Source: Microbotryum violaceum
Taxonomy: Eukaryota
Direction of reading: 5' to 3'
DNA: 64,000 bases
Assembly (NCBI GenBank): GCA_001244265.2
Contig: CDLV01000009.1
Span: 62,001 to 126,000 of the forward strand
Shown: positions 27,401 to 41,052 of the stretch, one piece after another
Numbering within the stretch: the stretch's first letter is position 1
How the letters are laid out: each line of letters starts with the position of its first letter
Notes under the pieces: model-generated
Told to the model about the DNA's origin: nothing
Databases searched by the model: none
The model's input: only the letters and a program-made list of their open reading frames with translations
Position numbers and translations under genes: made by a program

Positions 27401-28737
27401 CGTAGCGAGCATGTCCTTTTGCGTCTTGATCACGCCTTGTAGGGGTGTTAAAGTGGTGACGAGGCGATCGGCGAATTGGTGGCCTAGTGTTTCGGGGAGG
27501 ATGAGAAAGCTGGTCGCGAGTTGGATCGCTTGTTGGCAGGTGAAGGGAAGGAAGAATCTACCGTTGCACAAGATGTGAATCAGTAGCTGCGTGAACGCCG
27601 TCACAAGGGAGCCCCATAACTTACACGAGTCCCACAGAGGCATAGTAATAAGGAAACAGCACCGCGATAGTGAAGCAAATGATCATGAGGATAATACCGA
27701 AAATGATCCCGAACAAGGCCGGCCCAGGCCCGAGGCGCTGTCGCAACCACAACAGGAAACCCACCCCAACACCAAGGAAGATTCCACAAACCACTGAGCT
27801 CGTCGGCTCAAGGTATCTCCCATGAAAGATCTCGAGCAGTACACGATTCGAGATATCGTAACCCGCAACGCCTTGGGCAGCAAATTCCTGTCCGACGGTG
27901 GCTTGGAACTGCGCTTGCGAGTAACGGTACTTGCGTCGCGAGATATGGGCGATGTAGAGCCCAAAGGCCGAGTAGGCCCAGGATGCGGATACGATGGCGA
28001 ATTGGAAAAAGGTCAACTCGAGCATGGTCGCTATCGGATAGGCGGCGGGGGAGATGACCGAGACGATGAGGACGAGAAAACTCGCTGAGAAATGGGGGTT
28101 ATGGTCGCAAGGGTGCATCAGTTCCACGCTCCCACGCTCGTACGTTCTACTCGGCTTAAAAACTGACCTTGTCCAAGCATGACCTGTGACCGACTCGCAA
28201 GCATCAATGTGAGTCCTGCCCAACTCGCGATCGAGGCGCGGAAGACCGGTCTCCACGATTTCCAATTCATCTTGGGTTTGGCCCAGCCGATGTAAGGATC
28301 GATAGCTTCCTGCACAACGTGAAGGAGCGTGTGATGTGGTTTCTCCTCCGGCTAAAGAGAACGTGGAAAAAGACCGTCGGTCATCAGGAGTGCTCCTAAG
28401 CAGCCAAACTAGTGCCTTCGGAGATGGGATTTCGACCCACCTTGGTTGCTGCCTCTGCCCCAGTCCCTTGCGCCGCATCCGCCTCAGCTTTGGCCGGTGG
28501 GTACTTCTCATCATTGCCCTGCCCAGTCTGCGCTTCATGCATCGTCTCCCCACTGGTATGCTCCGACGGATCTTCTCCCTTCATCCGATCAACACCGGGT
28601 CGTCCCCGCTCGTCTCCCACAGCCTCAACGACGATCTGAGGTGCGTTCATGCCCGGTTGAGGATGATCGATCTCGCTACCACTGTGCTGTTCTTCGTCTT
28701 CGCCGAGGTTGAAGCGCGCGTGACTACCCGAGCGCAT
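24472..28737 (-). CDS. Multi-pass membrane protein, ArAE_2/FUSC-like (Bre4-like) family
   Basis: Two hydrophobic helix clusters (WRPVFRASIASWAGL..., FAVKLAIVIG..FYRERGIW..RLVGTVAGAIFGLLLW..RRMVCVALG) with a long cytosolic loop. The last exon ends ...DAGEMV* at 24472. Confidence 0.8.
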
Positions 28738-29172
28738 GTTGGTCTCTTTGCAAGTGGTATACAGACAGGCCCTGCGGAGTGCGGATCGTTCGCTTGGCTG
28801 CGGAAAGTACCTGCTTGTCCTCGTCCGAGTCCTCGGCTGCGAATCAAACGAACGTCCTCGAGTGTGGGCCGCACTCAGATGACGTGCTCAGTTGATCAAA
28901 CTCAACTTGGTGGGTGGAGAGGTTTCTGCCGTGAGTGCAGGATGAGCGAGGTCGAACGTAGACCACCAAACGCAAGACGACTGACTCGAAAGAGCGGAGT
29001 CAACACGCGTCGATCGCTATGACGCGCCCGAGGCAAAGTAGACCCCGGCGCACGTGACTTTTGCGCCAAACCTCTCCCACACGCCGCGCCGTTGCAGAGT
29101 CAAAGCGTAGCAATTTTCCTGTCCATCCTATGTCATTTCACAAATTATAGTTTCTGCACCTCGACGACTGAT

Positions 29173-32100
29173 CTAATCCGATTCATCCCCGGCCCGACAT
29201 TCACCTGTGAGAGACCCCATGGATCATCGAAATTCAGCCCAGCACGCGATTCAAGCATTTCGTCTACGGAGGAACTCACAATCGCAATCCGCGACGGGGC
29301 AGACGACGCTACGTTCGAACCAATCGAGTATATGGTTCGTATGACCTGTTATAAGTGGCGAACATTGCCAAACACATCAGTGTCTTGATTAACCTTGTTC
29401 GGGGTGGTTCGAGCCCTCCGCTTACCGCCATGTCGACATTTCTGACACCAGCACAAGCTCGACGCTGAGGAAATTGAATTACACCAACTCAAGGTCAGTT
29501 TCCTCGATGAAAGTCCCCCCGGGTCCTCACTTCAAACTCACAAATATCCATCGGGATCGAATGCAAATTTGGCTTTTTGAGGCATACCGCACAGGCCGGT
29601 AATCCCTTCGAACAACTTGGGCACAACGTCGACTTGACCCCCACGGGCCCGGAGGCCGCTCGAGACCTACCTTCATTCTCCCCCGTCGAAAGCCCAATAA
29701 AAGGACCCAAATTCGTCGCGCAGAATTGACACCTGATCACGATTTGAGGTGAAGCTAAATTGCGTAGGGTGGACTCGACTTCGTTGGCTTCGTTCGTACG
29801 ACCGCCGATGCGGTCTTGTTCGATCGAGGCGCGGGCACGTCGGCCTCGCGCACCGTCGAAAACGGCCCGAGCGGCGTAAAGTTGCAGACGATCGAGATGG
29901 GAGCGGTAGCCTTCGATCCAGCGCCGGAGTTGGAGGTGGTTGCGCAGTATGCCGGGAGAGATGAAGGACGCAGCGATAGCTACGGTCTGGAGGTCCGAGG
30001 TGCGGTCGATGTAAGAGGAGAGCAGGGAGATGCCTTCCGCATCCCGAAGGCCGAACAGGACGACAGCTTCGAGATCCGCGGTCGCGCGAGCTTCCTTGGC
30101 GAGGCCTTGCACGAAGGAGAGCAGCTGCGAGAGGAGAACGTTAGGTCCAGTAGGAATCTTAGCGTAGTGCTGCACGACGAACCTCGTTTTCCGGCAAGAA
30201 TCTGTGAGGTCCCCACGACGTCGTCAGTGACAAGCGAAAGCCGTTGCTCGGTCGTTGTGCTCACCTCAAAGCAATCGCGACTCGATCCTTCAACGGCAAC
30301 CCAGTCTCTTCAACGAGTTCTCTCCACTCTCCACCGCTGGCCATGTAGGCAAAGAGCGCTACGAGCAGCGAAGCACGAGGAGCAGGTATTAGCCACCAGA
30401 CGGAAGTTGAAGTATTTCGAAAAGAAAAGAAACTTTACCTCGAACCCATGGCTTATAAGCGTCCGACGAGAGTGTACGACACAAGTCCGCAAACGCGCCT
30501 TCTGATCGATTTGTCGACTTTTGTGCAATCTGCAGGTCGTCAAGAATCCCTTCAAATATACGAGCTCAACACGGAAAAGGTAGGCTACTCACAAACGCCG
30601 CCAAGAGCGGTGCCAAAAGCCGCAATTTTTCATCTGTGAGCCACGGCCGCCTGATATAAGCTCATACAGTGTCCAGCAACCCGTATACATTCTCGCCTTG
30701 CTCACCTTTACACCCCTGCAGATACCCAATCGCACCCTCCAAATGCCCACTGAAGAACGCATGCCTCGCGGCCTTTTCATGATCGCCTTGCTTGTCGTAC
30801 GCAGCACAGACTTCGCCCGCTTCCCTCTCCCAATCCGTTCCGCAAACTTGTGTCGCCAACTTCCTCTGACTCGAGAAAGAGCTCGAAGAGATGGGACTCA
30901 TGGCGTCGAGTTTGCGACGGGATACGAGCAAACCTGATGCAGCGACGAAGGCGGCTGCTGTGACGGGCGTTTTCCCGCGAGACGACGATGAAGGCGAATG
31001 TTCCTCTCGTCGTTCTCGTAGTGATCGATGAAACTCACTGTAGATCGATCGCGATGACGTGTTGGCCGCATGCGTCTGCAACTTGCTCTGGGCGGTATGC
31101 TGAGTCGGGCTCGAAGCCGGTGATCCCGGATTGGCAGCCGCAGCCGAAGAGGACGGAAATCCAGACAAGATGGACATGACCCCGCGATAACGAAAGTCGT
31201 AGTCCTGAATCAGACCGTCATGAGAAAGTGCCTCGGCACGAGCAATCCACGTCCAGAATTCGCTGAGCGATGACGACTCCGCCAGTGAAGCGTTTTTCAT
31301 CGGGTTCGAGCCGTAGCCTCTCGCCAATCGTTCCCGGTACAGCATCGAGACGTCCGATCTTAGGCCTTCAAGATTATCGATGTTGGTCGCCAGTTCCGAA
31401 GCGAGCTTTTGAGCTGCCTCTCTTGTTCTGGAGACTCCTCGAGGGGTGACGGATCCTCCCGAGGCTTGCAAAAGCGCCTCCTTTGGACCCCCAGGTCGAG
31501 GTGTCTGATTCCGATCAATGGGTTTGACGATGCTGCTCAGCGATAGACTCCTCCCGCGATCCAGTACCGCCTTGACCTTCCTTGTCGGCGACTCCTCATC
31601 TTCATCGTCGTCGGCAGCAAGGGAGCCTCGTCGTGAACCGACGGGTGCCGGACCCATCCTCACACATTCCAAACCAGCGTCACTCGACAGCAGCACGCCG
31701 TCCTCCAAGAAGGCCGCCTGTGGTATCCGTGGCATCTCAATGACCTCGAGTCGATGTCCCGAGTTACCAGGTGTGGCCGTGTCCCTCGAGATACCCAAGA
31801 ATTGTGTTCGCTTCGGATGCAGCGGCGAGATGGCGTAGGTGAATGAAGTCAATGGCGCGGCAAACGCTTTCGGTCTTCGATCTTCGAACAAGACGGGCAT
31901 CTGAATCGACTCGGAGCCCGGTGTCGACCCTTGCTCGTTCGTGTTCATATTCCCTTCCATACCCAAAACCCCCACGTTTTGTTTATGCTGCATCTGCACC
32001 GCACTCGGTCCATCGAGCAAATCCCACACGCGCAAGGTATGACTCTCCCGTTCCAGCGTCGTCAACTCCCCAGCCTTGCTGAGGTTCCACTCCAGTTCGA

Positions 32101-33095
32101 CGATTCCTCGCGGTTGAACGCTACTTCTTTGTCGACTTGAGAGTGCTCCGGCATCAATCTCGGACCAACTGAGGAGCGCATCCATCGGCTTGCGCATGTC
32201 CCACAGTCGAATGACCCCATCGTCGCCGGCCGAGACGAACTGGTTGCCTTGGGACGGGTTCGGCGAGATGGCCAACGCTGCTCGAGATCCCCACGATGCT
32301 ATCGGTGCGGTCGGAGATCGAAGATCATAAACCCGCAGCCACTTGCCCGACATGCCTGCGACGACGGGTGGAGACGTCGCCGAAATGGCCGAGTCGGCGT
32401 AGAGGAACCCGGCAGCCGAGACGCTCTCCGAGGGACCGAGCGAGAGAAGTGGGGAGGGCTCGACCAGTCCACCCGACGAGTTTCCGTTTGCTGAAGACGA
32501 TTTCGAAGGTGAATTGCCACGACTGCGTTGAGTGCCGTACTGGGATCTTCGATGGGACGACGTCGAGGGGTTGTCCTTGCCCGAGTCGAGTGCCTGAGCT
32601 GATTGCTCGATGTCGTAAATAAGTAGGGATTCACCTCGGCCTTTCTCTAATCCAACGGCAACGAGCCTAGGTCGGTCTTGAGAAAAGGTGACGACGTTGC
32701 AAGGCCGGGAATGGCGCACTGTACGACGTAGTCACACGATCTGGTCAGCGGCGTAAGTGGGGCCCGCGCAGCCGATTCGACCGAGCTCGGCCTCGCGTGG
32801 GCACGACGTACGATTGATCTGCAGAGCCGAGTGGCCGCTATTGTTCAGCTTGGACGAAGCCGAAGGTGACGAATCGAGTCGCAGTAACAACACTTTGCCG
32901 GCGTAGGTGCCAAGGGCGACCAGGTCCGGATAGCTCGCATGTGGCAACCACGCGAACGATCGTACTTGGCCCAAGTCGGTACAAGCTGCGACGGTGTTGA
33001 ATCTTGATGATGAAGGAGTATGCTATGTAGGAACGGGGCACGCGCATCAGTACACCAGCTGGTGGGCGCCGGGTCGTACGCGCCAACGACTCCAT
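29173..33095 (-). CDS. SEA4: SEA/GATOR2 complex WD40 subunit Sea4/MIOS, multi-exon
   Basis: N-terminal WD40 repeats (RHSRPCNVVTFS..AVGLEK, GDDGVIRLWDMR), LLSSYIDRTSDLQT, and a C-terminal zinc ribbon/RING CQFC..CPSCSKGLPACAVC..WCQKCRHGG..HILDWF..CPVADCDCEC. Confidence 0.88.
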
Positions 33096-33105
33096 GATCC
33101 AGCAT

Positions 33106-33138
<33 letters not shown>
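33106..33138. repeat. (CAG)11 microsatellite immediately upstream of the SEA4 start codon
   Basis: Perfect trinucleotide run 10 nt upstream of the minus-strand ATG at 33095. Confidence 0.9.
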
Positions 33139-33139
<1 letters not shown>

Positions 33140-33643
33140 TTACTAGACTAACCTCCCACTGCATCAACCGTAGATCACTCCCTCCACCAACGATGAACCT
33201 GTTTGATCCAGCAGGGTCCCACATGACCTGCTTGGTGCGCGTCGTCTGCATCGCTGCTGCTGCTCTGCCGCCACCCGAGACCTGGCGCAGTCCGCAGCCG
33301 AGTCGGTCAATGTGGGGCGCGCGAGAGACAGAGCGGTAGCGGCGGCCTCACGCTGACGGTTGTGCCGAGAGGGTTCTTAATTTTTAAAGTAGGATCATAG
33401 GGCAGTTTAGAGCAAATAAAATGAACTCGTTCCGACCTGGACTCGCCGTCACAGCTGTTGCGAAAAAGGCTCGGGGGGAATATTATTATTGTCACACCGA
33501 CGGCAAGAGCATACATGACTATAGCAAAACAAGAAGTGGGGTGGAGAGGATGTAGATAATTCAAGCAGGAGATAGAAAAGCGAAGTAATAAATCAATTAA
33601 AAAAATTCTACACATTACCGGGTATCATACGCCTACGCCTTGT

Positions 33644-36600
33644 TCAAACCCTCGCTCCCATCCCATGCAACCTCGCCTTGAGCGAGTCCACATTGGAAGC
33701 CTGCGTCATGCCAAAAGACGTGGTCGATAATGGCACCACGACCGGTGCGAACGAAGGGGCATCATTTCGCTCAACCATCTTCAACGCATCCCTTTTCATG
33801 GCAGGTGACAAAGCAGCAGGCTTGATGGGCACAAAACCGTCTTGTTTCGACGAGATAGCAATAGGGGCAAATGTGCGAGCGGAGAGTTTGTTCTCCTTGT
33901 CGAGGGACCGTTTTCGTGCCATCGGTGGCATGACTGCTCGAGGAGCTGCAGTCGCCGATGGAACGGGATCAAACTCGTTCGGTGCTCGTCGCTTCTTGGC
34001 TGCTGAGGTCGGCGCGACATCGACGTAGACGGGAACGGGCGGAAGGTTCGCCTGCTGGACCGGCGTGGGATGTGTCTGGACGGGAGCGGGGGCAGGAGCC
34101 GGTGCGGCAACGACTGAGGCTGCTCGAGCGATCTTGAGATCTCGAGTGAGGGATTCAATCTTGCCCTTGAGTCGTTCGATCTGCGACACGTATCGCTTTT
34201 GCTCTCGCAGCACCTGCATGGGAACTAGGCATTAGCAAAAACGCTTAGAGCACAGAGGCCACCGACCGACCTCGCGAACTCACGTCCATGACCTTCTCAT
34301 CGAGCTCCTCCGCCTCGATCGTCTTACACTCAACCTGCTTCTCCAACTCCTCAATCTGCGCCCTCGACTCCTCTTGCATACCCTGACTCTGCGTAGCCTC
34401 GTGGACCGCCCTCTCAAGATCCCTATTCCGTTCCATGAGCGTCTCAATCTGTGCAGCCGAACTACGTTCGTGCAGTTGCAGGTTGTCGATGACTTCGCGG
34501 AGTTGGTCTTGGGACTTCTTTTCGAGTTGTTCGAGTTGCGATCGCGCGCCCTCGAGGTCGGCTTGGCGTGCTTGCGAGTCTTGCTCCAGTGTGGTGATAT
34601 CTGCAGATGCAAAGATCCAATCAGCCCATTGGCCCAATATCTAAAGATATCCAGTACTCACAGCTCTGAAGCCCATTGATCTTATCATCGGCTGTTCGAC
34701 CTAGCTGGCGAAGAGCCTGGATCTCCCTCTTGGCGGCATCCATCTCTGCATCGCCGCGCTGTTTGCCCTCCTCGAACCGAGCTTGCGCATTCGCCCACTT
34801 CTCGGCGGCCACAGCTTGTTCCCGGGCAACATCGGCCTGGACATCCTCGACCGCTTTTCGAGCAGCGCTAAGCTCCACCTCGAGGACTCGAACTTGTTCG
34901 TTCGCCTTGACCGCGCCTTCGAGTTGCTGATTCAACACGAGGAGTTCCTTCTGAACCTCCGCAAGCTGAGCATGCATATCATTCCGTTCAACCTCGAGCT
35001 CCCTCACGCGCTGTTCATCGACATGCATCTGTTCCGCCGCTTCCGCCTCAACAGTCGAAAGTTCCGCATGCGTCTGTTCGATCTCGTGCTCCAACTCCGC
35101 AATCGTCTGTTCGAGTTGTCGACCGCGTCCAAGTTCGCTACTAAGCTGCGCCTGGACTTGAGCGAGCGTGCCTGTCGTCGAGGAAAGAGCGTCCAATGCC
35201 TCGGCGAGACGTTGATCGGTCGTACCAATTCGAGAGGCAAGCTCGGACATGTCACTGTGCGCGGATTCGACCGCTTCCCGCAGGCCGGCGATGGTGGAAG
35301 CCGAGCTTTGTTGCATCTCCACCGAAGATCGAGTCAGTTCGGTCAATTGGCGCTCAAGCGAAGCCGTCAACGCAGAGGCATCGACCGTGGCCTGCTTGGC
35401 AATCCCGAGTTCATTCTGCGCCTCCGCAAGTTGATCCTTGAGTTCCGTGAGCTCGTGTTGAAGTGAATCGCGCGCAGAGCAAAGCTCTTCGACTCGGCTC
35501 GTAAGTTCGATATGAGCCGGTGCGAGCTCGGGAGAGGCATCAAGTTTTTTGGTATCGCTCTCGTCGTCCGGTTCGACTTGCAGTCGCAGGGATTCGATCG
35601 TCTGTTCGTGCATGGCGATGGCGGCATTGCGACGCAAAACTCTGTGAACGCCACGAAACCTCATCAGTTCAGGTTAAGCGAACGGCTCCCGCTCAAATGT
35701 TTCACCACTTACCGTCCCTCGAGCTCGTCGACTTTCGACTGAAGCAGCAGACAGGCGTCCTTCAATTTCGACGATCCAGCAACGGCCGCTTGGAGCTCCT
35801 GCTCGGCTTGAACGAGCTTCTCATGAACCTGCCCTTCCTTGCTCGCTTCCTCCAAAGCCAGATCCAATCGTTCGATCTCCGCCTTAGCATTGAGGAGCTC
35901 AGTCCTAGTCGTTGCGCATTCCTTCTCGAGTTCGCTGATGCGTTGCTGAGCAACTTGGACTTCCTCGGACTTGATTCGACCAGACGTCGTCTCCGTTTCG
36001 AGCGCGACGGTGCGGTCGAGCAAGGCGACCTCTAACCGGGCCAACTCGGTTGCCTTCGACTGTTCCGCCTCGAGTAGACGATCCTGCAGCGCCTCAACGC
36101 GGAACTTTTGCTCATTCCGGGAAAAGTCAAGCCGGGAGCGCAAGTCGTCTCGTTCCTCTCGTAGGCGCTGAACCAGAATAGAAGCCGCTTCAGAGTCGGA
36201 GAAGCTCGACAACGTAGGAGAGATCTCCGACGGGGGCAATTTCGTCCTGTTATCCGTATCCTCTGGCTCCGGAGTAGTAGACGGCGACGACAGGAGTTGA
36301 TCCTGGGCATCGATGAGTTGTCGCGCAGCACGATCGAGATCAGTTTGAAGTCGGTGAACATCACTTTCGGCGCGCTCGGCCCGGATCGTAGCATTGCTGA
36401 CGCGATCCGTCGCGAGTCGTTCGGCTTCGCCCACACGCTCATCGACGCCTTCCAGCTCCGCAGTCAATTCCGCAATGCGCGCCTCGGAACGCATCAGCCT
36501 AGCCTCACCCACGCCTTGCGACTCGGAGGACTCGTGCAACGATTCAACTTCCCTCTCGAGCTCCTGAATCCTCCTCTGCAGCTCGTTGACCTCGTGCAAG

Positions 36601-39600
36601 TGGGCGAGCGTAGCATCCTCGTTCGAGTTGCGACTCGCCTCGAGCTCCTGTGTCAAAATTGCGATGGTGGAATGCAATTCGACGAGCTGGGCCTCGACGG
36701 CTGCATGATCGCGCAACTTGCGTTCCAAATGCTCCTGCGTCTCGATGGCCGCATCGCGTTCCACCATCATCTCATCCAAAGATCTCGTCGCCTGCTCCAG
36801 CTCGAGCCCAACATGCTCGATCTCCACTTCTCGAGCCTTCAAGTCAACGCGCAGTTCCTCTTCGTTCCGAGCCATTGCGTCCATCCTTTCGCGATGTACA
36901 GTTTCCGTCTCCTCGATCTGAGCTTCGAGGTGGTCGATTTCGCCCTGTAGAGTATCCCGGTTCTCGGCCGACTCGACTTCGATCTGGTTCGCCTTGGCCA
37001 CACCCTCTTCAAGACTTCGCTTCGCCTCCTCAAGCTCGGCCTCGAGAGCCTCGACGTGCGCATCCTCGTAGTTGCGACCATGCGACGAAGAGACCAGCTG
37101 TTCGATCGTTGCATTGAGCTCAGCAATACGAGTCTCAGCCGCTTGTAGTGCCTCGTCGCAGACGTCCAGTTCGGCTTGGTGGGTTGATGTAAGCTCTTCG
37201 CATTCGGTTCGTGCAGTCCTCAGAGCAGAGTCGGCGGCTTCGAGCTCAAGCTTGACGGCTCCCAGCTCGCTCGTGAGCCGCTCGAGCGACTTGGCAATGG
37301 TATCACGCTCCTCCGAGATCGATGTGAGTTGCGCACGAAGCTCGTTGCGCTCCGTCTCGAGTGACTCTTGCGCCTCGTTCGCCGCAAGGAGTGCCTCGAT
37401 GTGAGACGTATCCAGTGCCGATATTTGCTGCGCCAGGGTCACGATCTCGACCTCTTTGTCCAAACGTGCCTGCTGTGATGCCGTGAGCTTATCCTCCAAA
37501 ATCGATCGTTGTTCGTCCAGACTGGCGACTTGGGCTTTGAGGTCTTCAATCTGAGCTTCGGCTTGTACGAGCTTTGACCGAGACTCCTCGGTATCCTTAG
37601 CTTGTGTCTCGAGCGTCTTGACCTTATCCGCAGCGACGCCTAGCTTGGCTGTGGTCGCCTCGAGTTCGGCCTCGAGTTGGGTATGGATCACCTCAAACTC
37701 GGACTCGAGCTTGCTCCGTTCCTCATTCGCGAGACCCTGTGAAGCATTGGCGAGCGCATTCCGAGACGAGTCGAGTTCCCGCTCCAAGTCGGTGCACTTG
37801 GTCTGCAGTTCCTGCACGAGCGTGTTGGATCCCTCGAGCTGCCCTTGCGCCAGTTCGAGTTGTCGCTCCATCGCGTCCGAACCCCGACTCGCCTCAAGCA
37901 TCAGCTTGAGCCTCTGCACCTCGCGCTCGAGATCACTTCTACTCCTCTTGAGGTCCTCGAGCTGTTTCTGAGCCTTAAGCTCTTCATCCTTCTTCGCTTC
38001 GAGACGTTGTTCAGCATCTTCCTTTGCATACTCGGCCTTCTCGACCTCTTGCTCCTTCCTCTCGACTTCAGCCCTAAGCCTCTCAATCAGATTCTTGGAA
38101 TTGATCGCGTCGTCCTTAGCCTTGAGTTGCGCCCGATCCAATTCGGCCCTAAGCGTCTCCCTCACCCTCCCCACCTCCCTCTTCCTCTCTTCAACCTGAT
38201 CCTCCAACCCATCCAACCGCGTCTGATTCTTCTCATTCGAATCAATCAAAGTCTTTTGCGCGGCCATGAGTTTGTTCTCCAAAGTCAAAGCTTCCCGTTC
38301 CTTGAGGGTGAGTTTTTGCTTAATCGCTTTGAGGTCGCTTTCGAGGCCTTCGATCTTGCTGCGCGCCTGTTCGACTTCTTGAGTCAGTTGATTCAATTTG
38401 ACCGAGCTAGGACCGTTGGGCCCGGGTAAAGCGACGGAGGATGATCGGCGATGCGAAGTGGTGAAAGAGCTTGAGTTCGGGATCGAAGAAGGCTTGGGGA
38501 TCGCAGACGACCCGGTGAAGCCTAGCGATGAAGCGGGTCGAGATTGTGTGGGCGAAACGATCGAAGCTCGGGGAGCACTCGAGTTGAATCCGAACTTGCT
38601 GCCGCTGTTTCGTTTGGGTGAGGGCGCCGCTGTTGTACGGCCAGATGAAGTTGCCTGAGGCGCGCGGCGCAGAGAGCCAACGCTATCAGCACAGCCAGCG
38701 GTTCCACCAAGTGGGTGAAAGTAGAGTACCTTTGTCTTGAGTAAAGCAATTTCGGCCTTCAATGAAGTGTTTTCGTTCTCCAACGCGATCGATTTGTCCG
38801 TCGCCGCCGAGTTGACGACGCGAGATCGCTGGAGGGGTAAAACGCGTGTAAAGTCACGTGAGCACGATGTTTTGTCTCGAGCGCGCCAAAAAGCTCGTTC
38901 GGTTTGGGTATGCAGACGGTGGCAGCAAGCGCTCACATCGAACCCGAAACTCGTAGCAGCTGCAGAGGAGGCAGACTTGTTCTCCTTTTCCTGTTCCAAT
39001 TGGGTTTGCACCTTGTGTAGGTCCGATGTGAGTTGTTGCACCTTTTGCTCGAGCGCCGAGTTGGTCTCGGCCAGTCGGGTTTGACTCGATGACGCGCCGG
39101 CATTCCCATTCGGCGCTGTCGAAGCGGACATGTTTTCCAGTTCTGCAAAGTAGAATGGGATAGTGAGTTCACGACAAAGGCAGATTGAGTATAGCAGAAT
39201 GCTGCACTACTGACGATAGTTCAATTTTCGAACCTCGGCTTGCTCGTCCTTCAACTTTGCTTCCAAGTTGGAGCACGCCTGTAGCGAATTGGCCTTTTGT
39301 GTCTGGCATAGCTTGAGTTCCTGCATAGTGTTGGATCAAAGATATGAACAATGTGCTCAAAAGTGAGGCGGGTAATGGACATCTTTGACCTACCTCTGTT
39401 CGTTTCCTCAACTGCTCCTCCGCGACGACGGCCCTCTGAGATTCCTCCTGCAGCTGTTTAAACCAAATCCGCAGTTCGTCAGCTCCGTAACACGAACTCC
39501 AGGTATGGACAGCATGGTGCAGTATCATAGCTCGTACATTGCGCAAGTCATCCTTCTTGCCCTGCTTGAGCTCGTTCAGTTCCAAGTTGAGCGACAGCTG

Positions 39601-39696
39601 CAAGTTCGCCTGGTTCGCCAACTGCGCTTCCAACGACCCGACCTGCCGCTTCAACGACGCGAGTTGCGGATCATCCGAGGTCGACCAGAGCGACAT
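33644..39696 (-). CDS. Large coiled-coil protein of unknown function, multi-exon
   Basis: Long E/L/A/K/Q-rich heptad ORFs (35709..39131, 34621..35664, 34245..34637, 33644..34219) are joined by GT-AG introns. The start is MSLWSTSDD at 39696. No catalytic motif recognised. Confidence 0.75.
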
Positions 39697-40003
39697 CTTG
39701 GGGGTCACTGTGTATCGTGCCGTCGCACGTGCGAAGCAAAGTGGCACACGATGGCTCGCACGAGACCTGGCTTGGGCGAGATGTTGAGCCAGGCAGCCCG
39801 CGCGACCTCTCGCGACGCTGCTAAGGACCCGGGAAAGCTCAGCTCAATGTGTCTCCCCGAAAATGTACAAATCGGACCCTCCGAACCCCAAACTGCGACT
39901 CAAAAGTGGTACAAATCAGAAAAATTGGCACTCCAGATCTTGAACGTACGTCCGGGATGTGGTACAAATAGATGTACCTCGACCTCGCACCTCCTTCAGC
40001 TGG

Positions 40004-40619
40004 CAAGGGTCCGCACGTCCGCATTAGATCTGATCTGATCTGATCTGATGGGGTCAGATCAAGTTCAGATTAATCAAGCCTAGAGGAAAATAAATTCAAA
40101 AGTAGGCGGTACCTGGATGCTGCCATTGTGATTTGAAATGCCAACTGCGGCGCACCTGATCAGAGAAAGGAGCACGCCATCTGCCATCTGCCATCGCCGT
40201 CGCGGCATTGGGTGTCAGCCCCGCGCCACAGAAATACTACAAGGTGTGGTCCTCCTCTGATGGGCCTTCGTTGTAGTGTCAGGTGCTGAGTCATTGCAAA
40301 AACTTTCTCATAGGGATCATGCGACCCAATCCAGTCATAGAAGCGGGGAGCTCCTCCAGAAAGCGGCGGCTTAATTAGCACGGTGATCACTCCGGAGGAT
40401 GATGAGGATGGGGATGAGGTTGTTGTAGAAGAAGAAGGTGAGGATTTCAACATGTAGACATGTAGAAGGCTTTATGTGCCAAATTAGGCAATTTCATGTC
40501 TCAGATCAAATTGATCTGCGCAGATCAGATCAAGATCATCATCAATCAATGCCGAATCAGAAAAATCCAGATCAGATCTGATTTGATCTGACGGTGCTCT
40601 GATCTAATGCGAATCTTTG
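40004..40619. mobile_element. hAT-like MITE with GATC-rich subterminal repeats
   Basis: Ends are CAAGGGTCCGCA(cgtccgca)TTAGATC and GATCTAATGCGAATCTTTG, with a perfect 8-bp TSD TCAGCTGG (39996-40003, 40620-40627). It shares TGTCTC(A/G)GATCAAATTGATC with ~14032-14051. Confidence 0.85.
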
Positions 40620-41052
40620 TCAGCTGGTCGTCCCCTGCTCGGCCATCGGCCGAGCACGTTTCAGCGCTTAGAGCGCTCAGATCTCAGATCTCAGATTCGG
40701 GCGGCACTTGCGCCGCTGACGACAACCCTCCTCTACCTGCGAGACAGCAGCCCAGTGTTGGCCATCCCCACCGGGCTCGCTCATAGCTCACTTCATCACT
40801 ATGAACTCCGAGTTACGATTTTACCCTGTCATCACAAGCTCCAGTCCAGAGCCTCCGAGCCAGCGTACCCGCAAGCGAACGCGCGAGGTCAGCATGAGCG
40901 CAGACGGTTATGCTGAGTGTGCTGCAACAAGTGTCGATCCGCCCGTCCTTGCGCTCGAACGCGATATCACGGCAAGTCACCAGTACCTAGTGCAAATAAC
41001 GAGGTGACTCAAGGCATGAGCTCAGGTTCGAGCGCTCACCTGTGCATCCCTG

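Noticed and set aside
34280-38660. Many long antisense or alternative-frame ORFs over the coiled-coil gene
   Set aside because: Shadow ORFs expected from GC-rich codon usage.
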